Of a stretch of 64,000 nt of DNA, positions 25,418 through 39,208 are shown in pieces. The stretch covers positions 1,832,411 through 1,896,410 of the forward strand of contig NW_015168046.1 in the NCBI RefSeq assembly GCF_001447785.1. The letters are read 5' to 3'. Under the pieces are notes generated by a model. That model was not told where the DNA came from, searched no databases, and saw only the letters and a list, made by a program, of their open reading frames with translations. The DNA is from Gekko japonicus. Lineage: Eukaryota. Position 1 is the first letter of the stretch; every line of letters begins with the position of its first letter. The translations under genes and the position numbers were made by a program.

Positions 25418-25831
25418 GTTTACCCAAGCTAAGCCTTTAATTTGTGAGCCCTTTCTCACACATCTGTGGCATCACTCATTCAGGAAGGATTGTCCTTCCT
25501 CATCTTCTTGCTCACTTTTCCCCAGACCCAAGGAACCTTTTGAGCTGCTCAGGGTGTGATTCCTATTTAAGTGCTTCCAGGGCTTGTTGAAGAAAACAGA
25601 AAAATATATCATTTAAGTGCTTCCAGGGCTTGTTGAAGATGTGCAAGAATACATGCCCCACAGAAAAATATACATTTAGTCTCTATATTGAGAAAGAGGC
25701 AATATGTGCATTGCTTTACTTGAACTAAACCTGGAAGTAAGTATGAGATACCATGATACTCATGCAATATAATTAGAGAGTCAGACTAAGGGGAGACCTG
25801 GGTCCACATCCCCACATGGCATCAAAATTTG

Positions 25832-26302
25832 GGCTGCGATCATATGCACAATTAGACCCAACATGCCAGCGGATTTAAAGGGTGCGACTAGACAACATCT
25901 GGGAAGCGCCCCGCAGCCGTCGGCAACCTGTTCTGCTCCGCCGCAGAAGTGGAGATAAAAGACATTGGGGGAAATCCGGTAGTAAATGGGTTGTGACGGG
26001 CCACAGATAGACTTTTCAGTGTGCTCTCATGGCATCAGGATGGTCTGATCAGGCCATCCCAACTCTGTGCCACTGATTTCCCCCCCCCTCGCAGGATGCG
26101 CATAATCGCAAACTCCATAGGGAGCCCTTAGTGTGGAGGTACAATTCATCTATCAACTGCAGTTGCGTCTGATCACACACTGACAGACTGCGCCCGCAGC
26201 TTCAAAGGGAGGTGTGATCGTGCAACTGTGGGTCAAATTCCTCCAGAGGAAATAGCCTCGCTCCCCCCCCCCCAATTTTTTCTGGCACGTGTGACCGCAA
26301 CT
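25832..26302. mobile_element. PIF/Harbinger-type MITE inside an old SINE
   Basis: Ends GGCTGCGATCATATG / CGTGTGACCGCAACT are imperfect TIRs consistent with CpG decay; 3-bp flanks TTG/TTA. Confidence 0.6.
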
Positions 26303-27736
26303 TTAGTGGATTACTTTGAGCGGGTCATCCTCTTTCAGCCTAACATATCTCACAGGATTCCTGTGAAGACAAAATGAAGGAGGGTTAGAACCACATGCTC
26401 TGGCATAAACTTCTTCAAGACATGGGGTGGGGGGATAAAATATACCAGTTAGAATGCATGTCTGTAGTTCGTCTTTAAGTTTCTCTTAAGTGTCCAAACA
26501 AGTTAACAGTCAAGCATCATCCTTCTCCAACTCTAATGTTTGAACCCCACTGTGTAATTAATCAAGTGGGCTTAATAGCCAATCCGTCCTGACCTAGAAA
26601 ATGGGATCTTTTTTCAATCTGCTCATTAATTTTTCATTTTCTTTTTGTGTAGACCATTTTTTTACAGAAGGATGTGAGTTCTCTTGGTACAGTTCTGCAG
26701 TAAAACAAATTTAAAGTCCAGTGGCACTTTTAAGACCAACAGGTTTATTCAAAGTATGAGCTTTTCTGTGCATACACACTTTTTCAAATACAGTAAGCTA
26801 TTAAAACAAGTGTGCTCTGTAACAAATTGAAGCTCCTGCTATCACGTTCCCACACCACCACAACTGATGCACTTTGGAAGAAATCTGTGACTGCAGGTCA
26901 CACCCTGCACACAACATCAACTCACAGCAAGCAAGAAAAAAATGGTCTCTATGAAATTCCACTGACCAGTCCTCACACTGACTTGCAAGTGGAAGGTGTG
27001 GTCCTGGAAATTCTTCCTTTTCTCTGGCTCATCTGTGCCTGTTGTTCTCTTGTCCTTCATGGACATCAGCTTTTGTAAGCCAGCTGACAGTGAAGTTGGT
27101 TAGCTAGCAGCAAGGACCCCAATGGAGGAAAGGACAGTATTCAAGATGCTGTGAGGCCACAGAAACAGATCATTTAGAGCAGGGGTGGCCAAACTGCATC
27201 TCATGAGCTGCATGCGGCTCTTCAGGCCCTCCCATGTGGCTCGCGAGCCTTTCCACCACCACCCTGTCCCCCACCCCCCGCTTTTCACACACAGTCATGT
27301 ATTACAATGGCAGCTATTGAATACATCACAGTTATGATACTGTGGCAGTGAATTAATGTGTTAATCACTCTTTGGGTGAAGAAATACTTCCTTTTATCTG
27401 TTCTAACCCGACTGCTCAGCAATTTCATTGATTGCCCACAAGTTCTTGTATTATGAGAAAGGGAGAAAAGTACTTCTTTCTCGACCTGCTCTATCCCATG
27501 CATAATCTTATAAACCTCAATCATGCTACCTCTCAGCTATCATTTCTCCAAGCTATAAAGAGCCCCAAGCGCTTTAACCTTTCTTCATAGGGAACGTGTT
27601 CCAACCCTTTTATCATTATAGTTTCCCTTTTCTGCACTTTTTCCAATGCTATAATATCCTTTTTGAGGTGTGGTGACCAGAACTGTACACAGTACTCCAA
27701 ATGAAGTCGCAGCATTGATTTATACAGGGGCATTAT

Positions 27737-28048
27737 TGTTAAGTCGCTCACTTAACAAAGTAGTCGGGAGAGTGATTCAGCAACGATTCAGCTTTATTCA
27801 ACAACTCGTAACACAACTCCAACACGGATCAACTCTGATAGCCAGAACAGCTTTTCAATTGAAGCTGTTCTGCTTTTAAACTCTCCTGGCTAATATAGCC
27901 ACGCCTACTATACAAATACCAACCAATAAGGTTGTATACATAAAGTCCAATCACAGACGTTCCAGCTCAGGGAGCTTGATGGCACGTGATTGGTTGGTTC
28001 TTCCTGGGCTACCAATAGGATCGGCGGGATTAGGATCCTAGCCCAGGA
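27737..28048 (-). mobile_element. Truncated LTR at the CR1 deletion junction
   Basis: Starts TGTTAAG; shares AACAAAG...GGAGAGTGATT..GATTCAGCTTTATT and TAGCCAC.CCTA with LTR 10260-10608. Confidence 0.75.
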
Positions 28049-29219
28049 TGGCACTTCAATGAGGTGTTTCACAACCTGTATTCCCTTTTATCAACCTCAC
28101 TGAGACTAGCTTTCCACCCTTAAAGGAACCCTTCTTACCTTTTACAGCTTCCATTACTTTGTTTGTTAACTATGTAGGCTTTTTTCTATACCTATTTGTG
28201 CCTTTCCTAACTTGTGGTATATATTGTTTCCTGAGCTTCTAGGATTGTAGTTTTAAATAGTATCCAAGCTTCCCCAATGGTTTTGACCCTTTCTACTTTT
28301 CCTTTCAGTTTCCTCCTCACATGTCCCCTCATATCAGAGAAGTTACCCCTTTTAAAGTTAAAAGTGGTTGTGGCAGTCTTTTTGGGCAACTCCCTGTTTA
28401 TACAAATGTTAAACTCAATACCATTATGGTCACTGTTCCCAAGTGGTGCAATCACTTTTACATCTTTCATCAGGTCTTGGGCATTACTTAGGACCAAATC
28501 CAGGATCGCCTCTCCCCAGTAGGTTCTATGACCATCTGTTCCACAGCACAGTCATTGAGAATGTCTAGAAACTCAATCTCTTTTTCCTGACTTGAACACA
28601 TATTGACCCAATCAATATGTGGGTAGTTAAAATCACCTATTATGACACAGTTATTTCATCTAGCTGCTATCTTTAATTCATTCATCATTTTATAATCCTC
28701 CTCTATCTTTTGATCTGGTGGGTGATAACAAACTCCCAGTAGCATTTCCAGAAACCCATAGCATTTCCAGAAACGAATCCAAATCTCTTACCCTCTCAGT
28801 CTTACTGGACTGTATACCCTCTCTGACATACAGAGCCATCCCACCTCCAACCCTTCCCCCCATCCTTCCAATATAATTTATAACCAGGAATCACCGTATC
28901 CCACTGATTTTCCTCATCCCACCAAGTTTCTGAAATAACCACAATGTCTATTCCCCCCCTCCCAACACCAAGCATTCCAACTCCCTGATTGTACCTTGGA
29001 CACTTCTAGTATTTGTATATAAACATCTATAGTTTCCCATGCATGTTAAGCCCACAACCTTCCTCTTGCTCGCCAGGCAGTCCATATTGTTAGCCACAGT
29101 CTCAGTGGACAATTCTAATCCATATCCTTGTAGAAAAGTAACAGCTACCCCTTCATCTCTTTACGATGAGCCATTCCGAGCCAGAGACTTTTCATCTCCT
29201 GTCGGCTTTCCCCCAATAT

Positions 29220-30131
29220 TCAGTTTAAAAACTGCTCTACCACCTTTTTGATTTTAAGCACCAGCAGCCTGGTTCCTTCTCGGGACAAGTGGAAACCGTC
29301 TCTTTTGTACAGCTCCCTCTTGTTCCAAAAAGCATCCCAGTGCCTAACAAACTTGAACCCTTCCCCCCTACACCATCGTCTCATCCACGCATTGAGACTC
29401 CTGATCTGTGCCTGTCTCTCTGGCCCTGCACGTGGAATAGGTAGCTCTTCTGAGAAGGCTACCTTGGAGGTCCTGGCCCTGAGTTTCCTGCCTAGCAGCC
29501 TAAATTTTTCCTCCAGGACCTCACAACTGCATTTCCCCACATTGTTGGTGCCAACATGTACCACAACCACTGGCTCCTCCCCAGCACTATCTACCACCCT
29601 ACCTAGGTTAAGCATAATGTCCGCTACCTTCACACCAGGCAGCCAAGTCACCATACAGTGAGTACGAATGTTCGCCAACCGGCTGCCTACCTGCATAAGG
29701 ATCAAATCACCAACTACCAAGAGCCCCCTTCCCACCCTGCCCAGGGATGGTTCCTTGGTGCGAAAGGATACCCGCTCACCANNNNNNNNNNNNNNNNNNN
29801 NNNNNNNNNNNNNNNNNNNNNNNNNNNNNNNNNNNNNNNNNNNNNNNNNNNNNNNNNNNNNNNNNNNNNNNNNNNNGGGACTGCCAGATCCAGAGTGGGA
29901 CATATCTAACAAGTCCCCAAGAGTCTTTTCTGTGCGCCTAACTGACTGTCTCTGCTTCTCCAGGTCAGCCACCTTGGCCTCAAGGGAGCAAACATGTTCC
30001 CTGGGAACCAGGAGCTCCTTGCACCGAGCACACACCCAAGACTTCTGTCCAGTGGGCAGATAGTCACACATGTGACACTCCGTGCAAAACACTGGATAGC
30101 CCCCAACTCCCTGCTGGCATTCTGGCTTCAT
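29220..30131 (-). pseudogene. CR1 ORF1 esterase-type protein (contains assembly gap)
   Basis: Open frame apart from the N-run; SGNH blocks GDL (normally GDS), GTN and D-x-x-H. Confidence 0.85.
29782..29876. other. Assembly gap (95 N)
   Basis: Run of n in the sequence. Confidence 1.
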
Positions 30132-30276
30132 AATTGCTTTAAAATAATAATTATACATAATCCCCCTTTTAAAACCCTTTGTATTTATGTGGTTCCCTTG
30201 TAGAAGTCTACTTATCTTACTGGGAACCGAAGGAGATTAGGGCACTGGCTTTCTGGCTCTTCCTGGGCTTCTTACA

Positions 30277-30356
30277 GAGTCCCTTGGCTAAGAGTCCCTG
30301 GGCTAAGAGCCCTTTGGCTAAGAGTCCCTGGGCTAAGAGTCTCTGGGCTAAGAGCA
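30277..30356. repeat. 15-bp minisatellite (GGCTAAGAGTCCCTG) x~5 in the CR1 5' UTR
   Basis: Directly visible tandem units. Confidence 0.85.
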
Positions 30357-30884
30357 GAGGGTGTGGCCAGCAGCTATTCAAATTCACCCAGGCACTCAAT
30401 CACAGTCAAACAATTACCCTTTCTCACCATATCTCAAGCAGCCAGAACTCTGCAACAACTCACAACTCACCCACACACTCCCAAACACAGTCCCACCACA
30501 CAGTACCCTCAGCTAAATCACCTCAGCTGAAAGCAAATAAAAACCACTCACCTCTCTAGCAGCTCTATCTCCTGCTGCTTCTTAGAGCTCAGCTGATTCA
30601 GCTCTCAACCTTGCAGCTCTCGAGCACCTGACATTTAGTCTATGTGGCTCTTACATGAAGTAAGTTTAGCCAACCCTGATTTAGAGGCACCCTGGTGCCA
30701 GGGCAAATAACAAGATACTATTTTTGAAAGGGAATTTGATAGACGGGTATGTTATAGAAGGAGCTGCTATAGCATAGTGGCTTCTGAACTATATAGTATC
30801 ATTCGTGAAATCTTGCCTTCACTATGTACTCACTAATCATAAACAGAGTTATGCTTCTTTAAACTTTCTTACATGCCCAGAGAC

Positions 30885-31012
30885 ATGCTGATCGCCACTT
30901 TGGGGTCAGGAAGGAATTTTTCTCCAGGCTATTTTGGCTGGAGATCCAGGAGGTTTTTTGTCATCTTCTGGGCATGGAACATGGGGTCACTGAGGGTTCT
31001 GTGATTCTATGA
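30885..31012 (+). mobile_element. CR1 3'-end fragment
   Basis: TGGGGTCAGGAAGGAATTTT...TTCTGTGATTCTATGA tail. Confidence 0.6.
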
Positions 31013-32432
31013 CTTCAGTGGATTTAGAAATGTGTTATTCTGCTTTGGATTGCATTGTAAGTGATTTTAGGCAAACCATTCTGTCATCTTTCAATAGGTG
31101 TTAATATTGACCTCCTTTGAAGGGTTCATGTGAACAAAAGTAACTTAAATACTCAAACCCAATATACAAATTGTAAATATTATGTAAGAATAATTGCTTG
31201 TAGCTGATTAACTGTTCATGCACTGCTGAACATTATCCACTGCCCATTGTATGTACTTTTGACATCATATATGAATAACAGAGTTGGAGGTTGTATTTGT
31301 AGGCCAACTCTTGTTCTGTGCAAGAGATTCAGTGCTAAAACATTTTTGACCTATCATTGTCCTGACTTTTCTTGAAAACCTTAAGCAATAGAGAACCCTC
31401 CAGATTGGATAATTGGCTCCATCGTCAAATTGTGCTTGCAATTACTATTTAGAATGTTTTCCTAATGTTCTGTCCTCCTGTAACTTAAGCCCATTAGATC
31501 TCAGCTTCATTTTAAGAGGAGCAGAAAACAAGTCCTTGCCTTCTTCTATCTGATTCCCTGATACTCTTCAAAATGATTTTTGATGGCTGGTAGACATGCA
31601 AAACATTTTGCAGATTTTTATGAGAAAAGCTTCACTAAAATTTACCTTGGGGCCACACATTCAGTATGTGAATTACAAATTGGGGTAATTCAGGAGTGGA
31701 CATGTTCCCATATTCATCAGAATGCCTTTGCTAAAACAGACTTGTTTAAAAGGTTCTAATATCACATATGGGTTAATGGAAAGATAAGTAGTAAGGTTTG
31801 AGTCATGCTACTGATAATCCAAAGATAATGTTGTATGGTTTGCCCAGGGAATGTTCCATAGAGAACTAATAAAATCTGTTTAGCAGATCTTAATTAAAGC
31901 ATTGGGTCATGTATTAATAGTATGAATTATTGACTGGTGGTGAAGATGAAGACCAATCCCCCTAGTTTAGCAACACCAAGACCTACCATATACACTTAAT
32001 AATACTTAGCATCTATATGGCACTTGTACAGTGTAATCCTAAGGAGATTTATACCCCCCTGAGCCAATTCACTTCCATGGGCCTAGAAGGATGTGAACCT
32101 GCATAGGATTTAACTGTTAGTGTTAAAAGTATGTCACATATACTATTGTGTTGTAACTCCTATTTTTTTTTACTTTTTACTTTTTTTACTTTTTAAAAGC
32201 CAGTATATTACAGAATGGGGGGCGGGCTATAGCTGAGACAGAGTGGCTTAATTACAGTACACAAGTGAGTTCATGGAATAAGTGAGATTTAAACCAGGAA
32301 CCTTCTGGATCACAACTCATTCTCATAGTCACAGTGCTACATCAGAACCCATGGTATAAAATTATCTAGACACCATACAGTACTCCCTAAATACCTATAA
32401 CTACTTGAGGTTCCTCTGGTAGTTGCTTGGCC

Positions 32433-32587
32433 TCAGGACTGTTTTTTTTTTTTAAGAGATATCAAGGGAAATTAAGTTTTCAAACTGTATACTGAAAGCT
32501 CATGAAGTTTTAAACATTTTTAAAAGAATTTTGTTGAAGAGATTCCAGAATGCCATTCCAGCTCGTTCCACCAGAAAAAAAGCTCTG
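32433..32587. mobile_element. hAT MITE, same family as 59708-59881
   Basis: Shared body GGGAAATTAAGTTTTCAA..TGTATACTGAAA.CTCATGAA.TTTTAAACATTTT; degenerate CAGG../..CTG ends. Confidence 0.7.
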
Positions 32588-32913
32588 CTTGGCCTGTACA
32601 TTTGGCCTGTGGAGATGCTACTTCTTTCTTTCTGCAACTTCTATGCTCATTGAGATTATGAGAGGGTCCTGGGTTCACATGCTTCCCATACTTGAAGCGG
32701 CATCAATACCTCAAGACTGATATTCACTGCATTTAAATAAATGTGAGATCTTCAGATGCAGACATTAATTTCTGAAGTTTGGTCTTCCTGCTCAGAAACG
32801 TAAAATGGAGAACAGTAGTATGAATGGACTCCTGGAGGGACAGTGATCTCTAAAGGTTTGTATATTTCTTTATTAATTTGAGGGCCTTTCAAAATAAATA
32901 TCCTTAAGGCATG

Positions 32914-33198
32914 GGGTGATTTCCCACAAGCGCTGCTCCGCACTCACTCTTCTCTTTGGCCTGATGGTACATGTCAATTTCACACAAGCTGCTGCACGAC
33001 CGCATTTTGCCCCACAGCTTCATGCGATTTTCCCCACGTCTACTCAATCCTGTTTTTTGAGGATTGAGTAGACGCGGGGAAAATTGCACGAAGGTGCGGG
33101 GCAAAATGCGGCCGTGCAGCAGCTTGTGTGAAATTGACACATACCATCGGGGCAAAAGGGAGGAGTGAGCGCGGAGCAGCGCTTGTGGGAAATCACCC
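32914..33198. mobile_element. Fully palindromic PIF/Harbinger-type MITE (285 bp)
   Basis: GGGTGATTTCCCACAAGCGCTGCTCCGC is the exact reverse complement of the right end. The arms pair up to a short T-rich loop at ~33051-33059. 3-bp TSD ATG. Confidence 0.9.
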
Positions 33199-36100
33199 AT
33201 GGTGTCCTGAAGCTTACCTTGCACTGGATGGTCACAGGTTCCTAAGAAACTATCTTACCCAAGTATGAATGGGATCTCCACAAGAGAACAGTACCCTAAA
33301 TACTTCCACCAGTGATTCAAAATATGTAAAAAAAAATTTAAGGAACTGCCAAGGTAGATTTTGTACAGCAAGTCTAATTTTTAAATCAAAATTGGCAAGA
33401 ACAGTAAATCAATTAATTCCGAATTACAATGGAACTGTTAAGAAAGTACCTGTGACATTCAAATTAATACCAAAACTGTCAGATGATTAATGTTACTACA
33501 CTGAACACTGAAGAAATTAATAAAGATTAAACCAATTATTATGAAGTGTCACCCACTAGAGACAGTTCACTGCAAAATGTGATGTACACCATGAAAAAGG
33601 GCAATCACTTTCCCCCAGAAAAGTCATGTTAAAAGAATGATAGAGATCTGGTGGAAAACTGAAACACCTAGAAAGTGTTCCCAAATAGGTGCTTTTGTCT
33701 GAGTTTCTCCTCAGACATATATGTCTCCATTTCCATTGCTCAGTAGCTGATCTTTATGGCTTAAGAGACACACATTTGATATGCAGTGTTTTGCATGACC
33801 AGCTTTTGATTGGTGGAAGTCACAAGGACACTTGGTTGCTTAGTTACATACCAGAAAACAAGTACTAAGATGTAGTGTGAATGTTAATGAAACTTGCAGC
33901 CTGGTTCATCATGATTATGAACCTTGTAGTTGCAGAGCAGTTTCAGAATTAGTTAACGAGTTTCATTCACCCAACAGCAATAGTACTATATTCATCTAGC
34001 AAACCAAAATGCCTTTTGTCCTTTGTTACAACTCTAGTGCCAAGTATGACCACCTGAATAACACTACGATCCCTTCAACAAACATCCCATTATTTTTCTT
34101 GATATTTTCCATACCTCAGTGATGATGTAAAACCACCTTGCATGCTAAAACTGTAATAGTATTCAGGAGATGCACTGCCAGAGGAATACAAAGCCACTTC
34201 TGCATTCAGCTGGTGACAATTCCCTATAGTATGTGAAAGGCAGCTCGGAACACCCCCACTCCCCCCCCACACACACTCACACATACAATCAGAGGGCAAC
34301 TTCTAAAGCAGCAACAGCTTCTTTATAAGAATATGGGTAGATGATTAGAAAAACAGAAATTACCCTCTGGATGTGATAGAGAAGTACTAGTAGCTAAAAC
34401 AATAAAGTGATTATGCATTTTGGCAAGGGGCACTTCCTATAGTGTCTGAAGATAGAAACTGATGGCCATCATTTTGTACAGCAGCAGACATGTCCACAGA
34501 GCAAGACTTTCTTTGAAATATAGTGATCAGCAGCTGACAAGGCATACATTTTGGAGCACACTAATAGAATAGTGCACTTTCACCAGACCAATTACATTAG
34601 TTAATTATAGTTATTTTAATTTCAAGTGGTCACATCCCACATTAGTGATATTATGTAACTAGTAAGAAAAGACCTAATAACTATAATTCATGACCATTCT
34701 GTACATTCTACAGAGGCAAACCTGAATTTATCGTTGATCTTTCCAGAGTCTCCTCTCCTTCCCAACTTCATGACCTACCTGTCAGAGAACTGCAACTCAC
34801 TTTGGGGTTCCAAACTACAGAGATGGGGGGGGGCAATTCTTTGACTAATTCTACCCATTTCCCTTAATTTTCTTTGTAAATCACGGTTCACAGCTAACCG
34901 TGCTTCTAAATACGACTGCATGGACAATACAGCCATGTTGACAATGGGACTCTCAGTCAACAAGTGGCATGAAGGGTTTTGCATCTTGCTTCAGCCACTG
35001 ACCTCTGGCAGAGCCAGTTCTTCTTGAGTGTTTGAGAACACACAGCATGTTATATTCCATGTCATGTCAGTCATTATTCTCTTTTTGACACTACTGGTGT
35101 TCTTAAGTTGATGCATTCTTAATTAATGAGGCATTTGTTCTCAATCAAGAAACCATTTAAAAACACGTTTAATTTTAATGAGTTTTCTGTGATTAATTAT
35201 TTCCACATGACTTATTCATATTTTGGACATTTCATAATTTACTGTCATTTCCACAGCTACCCCCTCAAGCAGCATTAAACCCTCTGAAGAATGAGAGTGG
35301 CTTCTAACTCAATACTTCACTCAAGTGAATATTGGATGGCAATTTTCTTGCTTAGTTTTCTTGCAATAAGGTATTATATTTCTGTGGATACATTATACTT
35401 TTTGAAAATATTGACACATGCACTGATTACTGTAATATGCAATGAGATTTATTTATGTGACCACTGTTACACTGTTACATGAAATGTAGGCAGTAAATGG
35501 TCACACTGGAGAATCAATTTATCTAATTCTCAGCATTGCCTCATCTGTGTATACTTAAATCCCCAGACTGGAACCATGAACAGACAAGCATATTTTTCTC
35601 CAAACCTGAGAAAAGCAGCAGGTTTGCATAAAAATCTGAAATCTTAAAAAAGGGTAACCCCCACGCACAAAATAGAAGCAGCACCTATACCTTTAAGAAA
35701 TGAATGCTCTCTGATATCTCAATGGTCATTGTAGGAGTTGCTAGGCTACCACAACAACATTGCTAGCCTCCAAACCTCAGTTTCTGCCAGTAAAAGGTAG
35801 ACAAGGGGCAGGGCCCTTTCAGGGCTATTATTGGCCTCCCAGGCCACCTCCACTCCATTCTAACCATGCAATTTGTGCAACTCACTCACCAAAATATCTG
35901 CAGCTTGAACTCCATTGAAAGCCCTTGCCTTTCAGTGCCTCCTAAAAAATTTTAGAGATGGCACTGTGGTGGGCAGAAGATTCCACTCTCTTTTCTTTCA
36001 TACTCAGTTTGGACCAATCAAATCATAGAGGTTGAATGGGATGCTGGAGTGAGGGAGGGGGAAAAAAGAACTTGAGGCTGTTTAACAGCCAATGTTTAAA

Positions 36101-36849
36101 TGGAAAAAGAGGAGTTTGGTATAGGAGGGAGAAGAGACAGGAGGTTTCCTGAATAGGCAGGGAGTCTGATAGGAACCTTAGAGAATTATTTAGACAAGTA
36201 GGGTTTGGGTACTGTTCCTGTATAAAAACAACGAGGTGTTAAAGCTTGTCTATTTATTGTTTCTAAGTCTGAGGCTCTTAAACCACATTATTTGTAATCA
36301 TTAAGCACAAAGTACCTCCCAACTCTGATAATTTGCATCACCTAAAATACCAGATGGAGAAGGCATTAAATGTCACACTTAGCTGTTTAATGAACTTGTT
36401 TGTTACCTTTGACTTCACAATCAGTCCATATAACCCATGGAAAACTCCATAGGATCCAGTGAAAGTGCTCCTGATTGGCACCTGCTGGAGTCTCTGGTTA
36501 AGGATTAAGGAATCCTGTGTGGGTAAAATAAAAATAAAAGAAATATACTTAGCCTCACACTCTGAAAGTTGGGTGTGGGTGGTGAGGTGGTACATAAGCC
36601 TCCAGCCTGAGGGACTTGTTCTGTGGTGAAAATAAGTAGCAATATAAAAACAGCCTGGATTAGAAAAAGCCTGGATTAGGGCTATGACAGGCAGTTCCAT
36701 CACCTTCTCAGGGGAGCCCATTACATAAAAAAGGACTGAGCTCTAATAGATTACAAACAAGCAACCTTAAATGGGGGAACAACTGGAATGTGAAAACCAT
36801 TCACCATAGTTGGCACAAAAGGACACATGGGGAGAGACAACCGTATATA

Positions 36850-37230
36850 AATGCAGGCCCTAGGCCATGAAGAGCTTTACAGGTTATAACAAGCAACTTG
36901 TATTGAACTTAGAAGCAAACTGGCAGCCAATGAAGCTGTTTTAAAATAAGATGTTAGCTGCCTCCTTCCTGTTGGCTACCTCCTGACATATTCTGATGCA
37001 GTCGTAACTTCTGGGTTGTCTTCAAGGACAGACTAATGTAGAGTGCATTACAGTTGTCCGACCATGAGGTTACAAAACAATGCATTAGTGTGACCATCTG
37101 GGCTGAATATAGAAAAATGTAGAGTTGGTGATCCAAACACAGCTGATAGAAAGCGCTCTTGGCCACTGTACCTGCTTTTCAATGAGCTGGATCAATGAGC
37201 TTCCACTCCCAAGCTTCTAACCTGCTCTCC
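36850..37230 (-). mobile_element. Old L2 fragment
   Basis: Peptide AKSAFYQL...TSWSDNCNALYISL is homologous to ORF 395-1072. Confidence 0.75.
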
Positions 37231-37511
37231 CAATCCCAGCTCCACAAATGTGGTCTTCTGACAAACTTTACAATCAGCTGCTGCCCTGGAGAACGGTTCT
37301 GATTACAGGGTAGATGCTGATATTTACTGCTCATCTCTAGCCTAGAATTACTTTGAAGATTTTTTTCCCATCAATGTTAATTTTCATTCCCGAACTTCTT
37401 ATTGCTCTATAGTGGGCATACTTTCACTAGTGCTTTGAAAGCATCCTTTCCATATTGATGGCTTCAGTTAAAGGGTTTAAGGGAATCACCAAACCCATAC
37501 CATCATCTAAA

Positions 37512-37709
37512 CAGGTAGTTCCCAAAATGGGGTCTGGGGACTCCAGGGGGCACTTGGAATTATTACAGGTGCTCCACCAATCGAAATGTGCACTAAGTAT
37601 TTTCTCAACCAATGGATACCAGTAGTACAACTAGCATCATGTAGGGGGTCTACAATTATTTTTGATGTTAAAAAGGGCTCCTCATACTTGAAAAGGTTGG
37701 GAACCATTG
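37512..37709. mobile_element. hAT-Charlie-like MITE
   Basis: CAGGTAGTTCCCAA / TTGGGAACCATTG imperfect TIRs. Confidence 0.55.
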
Positions 37710-38944
37710 ATATAAATGAAACAAAGTATGCAGGAAGGAACATCACTCTGTATGTGTAACTGGTGAAAAGAAATGGCATTTTTCAAAAATTCACTAATGC
37801 AAGGCTGATGTTTAACTAACGTTGTCCTTCAGGATGTATTTCTTCCCTAAAGTTCAAAATTCAGAGAAAAATACGTTCTAAAACTCATGCCTGAAGTATG
37901 TGATAACAGATCAAAGAACCTTCCTTTATTGCAATATTTTCATCCCTGTGGAACAGAATAACGTTGGACTTTGCCTTTTGTTTGAAATCTTTACCTTTTA
38001 ATAAGTGAACTTTTGAAATTACCTCAGCGAACAAAGGTCCTCTTTCACAGTTAATCTTTTAACCCTTCAGGTTCAACTGGTATAGGCCAGAGGAGAATGC
38101 CACCGTGTTTTCACTGAACTTTTTACCCTTTGAAAAAAATGGGACAAGTGTAAAGTTCATATAGTGAGCAAGAGGTCTCTAGTGGGTATTTCTGGTATTA
38201 TTAACTTCCTGACCTCAGATAATTAAAAGGGAACAGAGAAGGCAGTATAGACTAAAACTCAACTTTGAACTTTTAACCTCTCTTGGGAAAGTATTTTGTG
38301 TACAAATAGCATACACACTAAAGCCTTGGGTTATTAACTTTCTATCACCCTTGGAAACAAAATAATATTAGCAGAACTAGTGTATCAGTTTAAAATAATT
38401 CTATTTCTGGGGATTGGTTTTTGTTTGCATTAACATTGAGACTCATAATTTTCAGCCAAAAGAATATAAGCAGTAGCCTGTTACCAAGTACCAGAGCCTA
38501 CTTGTGGGTATAGGCAAAACTGTTATGATGGGGGGAGGGATCAAACAGCACCCCAATCTATTGCATGTCTCCTTAAATCAATAACGAGGTGTTGTTATTT
38601 TTTAATGAAAAGCATTCTCAAGCAGCTGCAGAGGCAGAGGCGAATAGGCAGCATGATTAGGGTTGCCAGGTTCTATTTTTCCCCTAGTGGGGAAATTTGA
38701 GGAGTGGCATGCTGGGAGGGTGAGGGGCTGTCCCCAAGATGATGATGTCACACAGAGTGACATCACTTCAGGGATGCAGCGCCGTGTGTGCATCCCCTTG
38801 CTTTTCCCCAACCATTTAAAGGGAACCTTCCCTTTAAAGCAGCCCCCACTTCAAAAGAGCAGGCTCTGCACATGCCTGCCCTGTAAGTGGGGAGCAGCCC
38901 CTGCTTCAAGAGAGTGGGCGTCGTGTGCACCTGCCCTGCAACCT

Positions 38945-39068
38945 GGTGGCCCCACTGGTGGGCCTCCTGATGGCACCTGGTACTTTTGGCCACTGTGTGA
39001 CACAGAGCGTTGGACTGGATGGGCCATTGGCCTGATCCAACATTGGCTTCTCTTATGTTCTTATGTTC
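38945..39068 (+). mobile_element. CR1 3'-end fragment
   Basis: GTTGGACTGGATGGGCCATTGGCCTGATCCAAC stem-loop and (TTCTTATG)n tail. Confidence 0.8.
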
Positions 39069-39208
39069 AGCCTGTGAGATCACCACTTGCAGGGCAAGTG
39101 CTAGCGGCCCCCACTTCAAAAGAGCGGGTGCCACTCGCACCTGCCCTGTGAGCCGCAAGATCGCCACTTGTAGGGCAAGTGCTTGTGGTGTTCACTCGTT
39201 TTAAGTGG

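Larger units (their letters stand above)
27341..30630 (-). mobile_element. CR1 LINE: 5' UTR, ORF1 (zinc finger, coiled coil, SGNH esterase), APE endonuclease and ORF2 C-terminus; RT core deleted
   Basis: ORF1 motifs CTEC..CARC, LVVGD, VHVGTN, DGFHL; EN motif PLGNSDH; C-terminal [31 protein letters not shown]. Confidence 0.92.
27180..30678. mobile_element. hAT-Charlie-type MITE expanded by a nested CR1
   Basis: TIR CAGGGGTGGCCAAACT / AGTTTAGCCAACCCTG; perfect 8-bp TSD ATTTAGAG (27172-27179 and 30679-30686). Confidence 0.85.
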
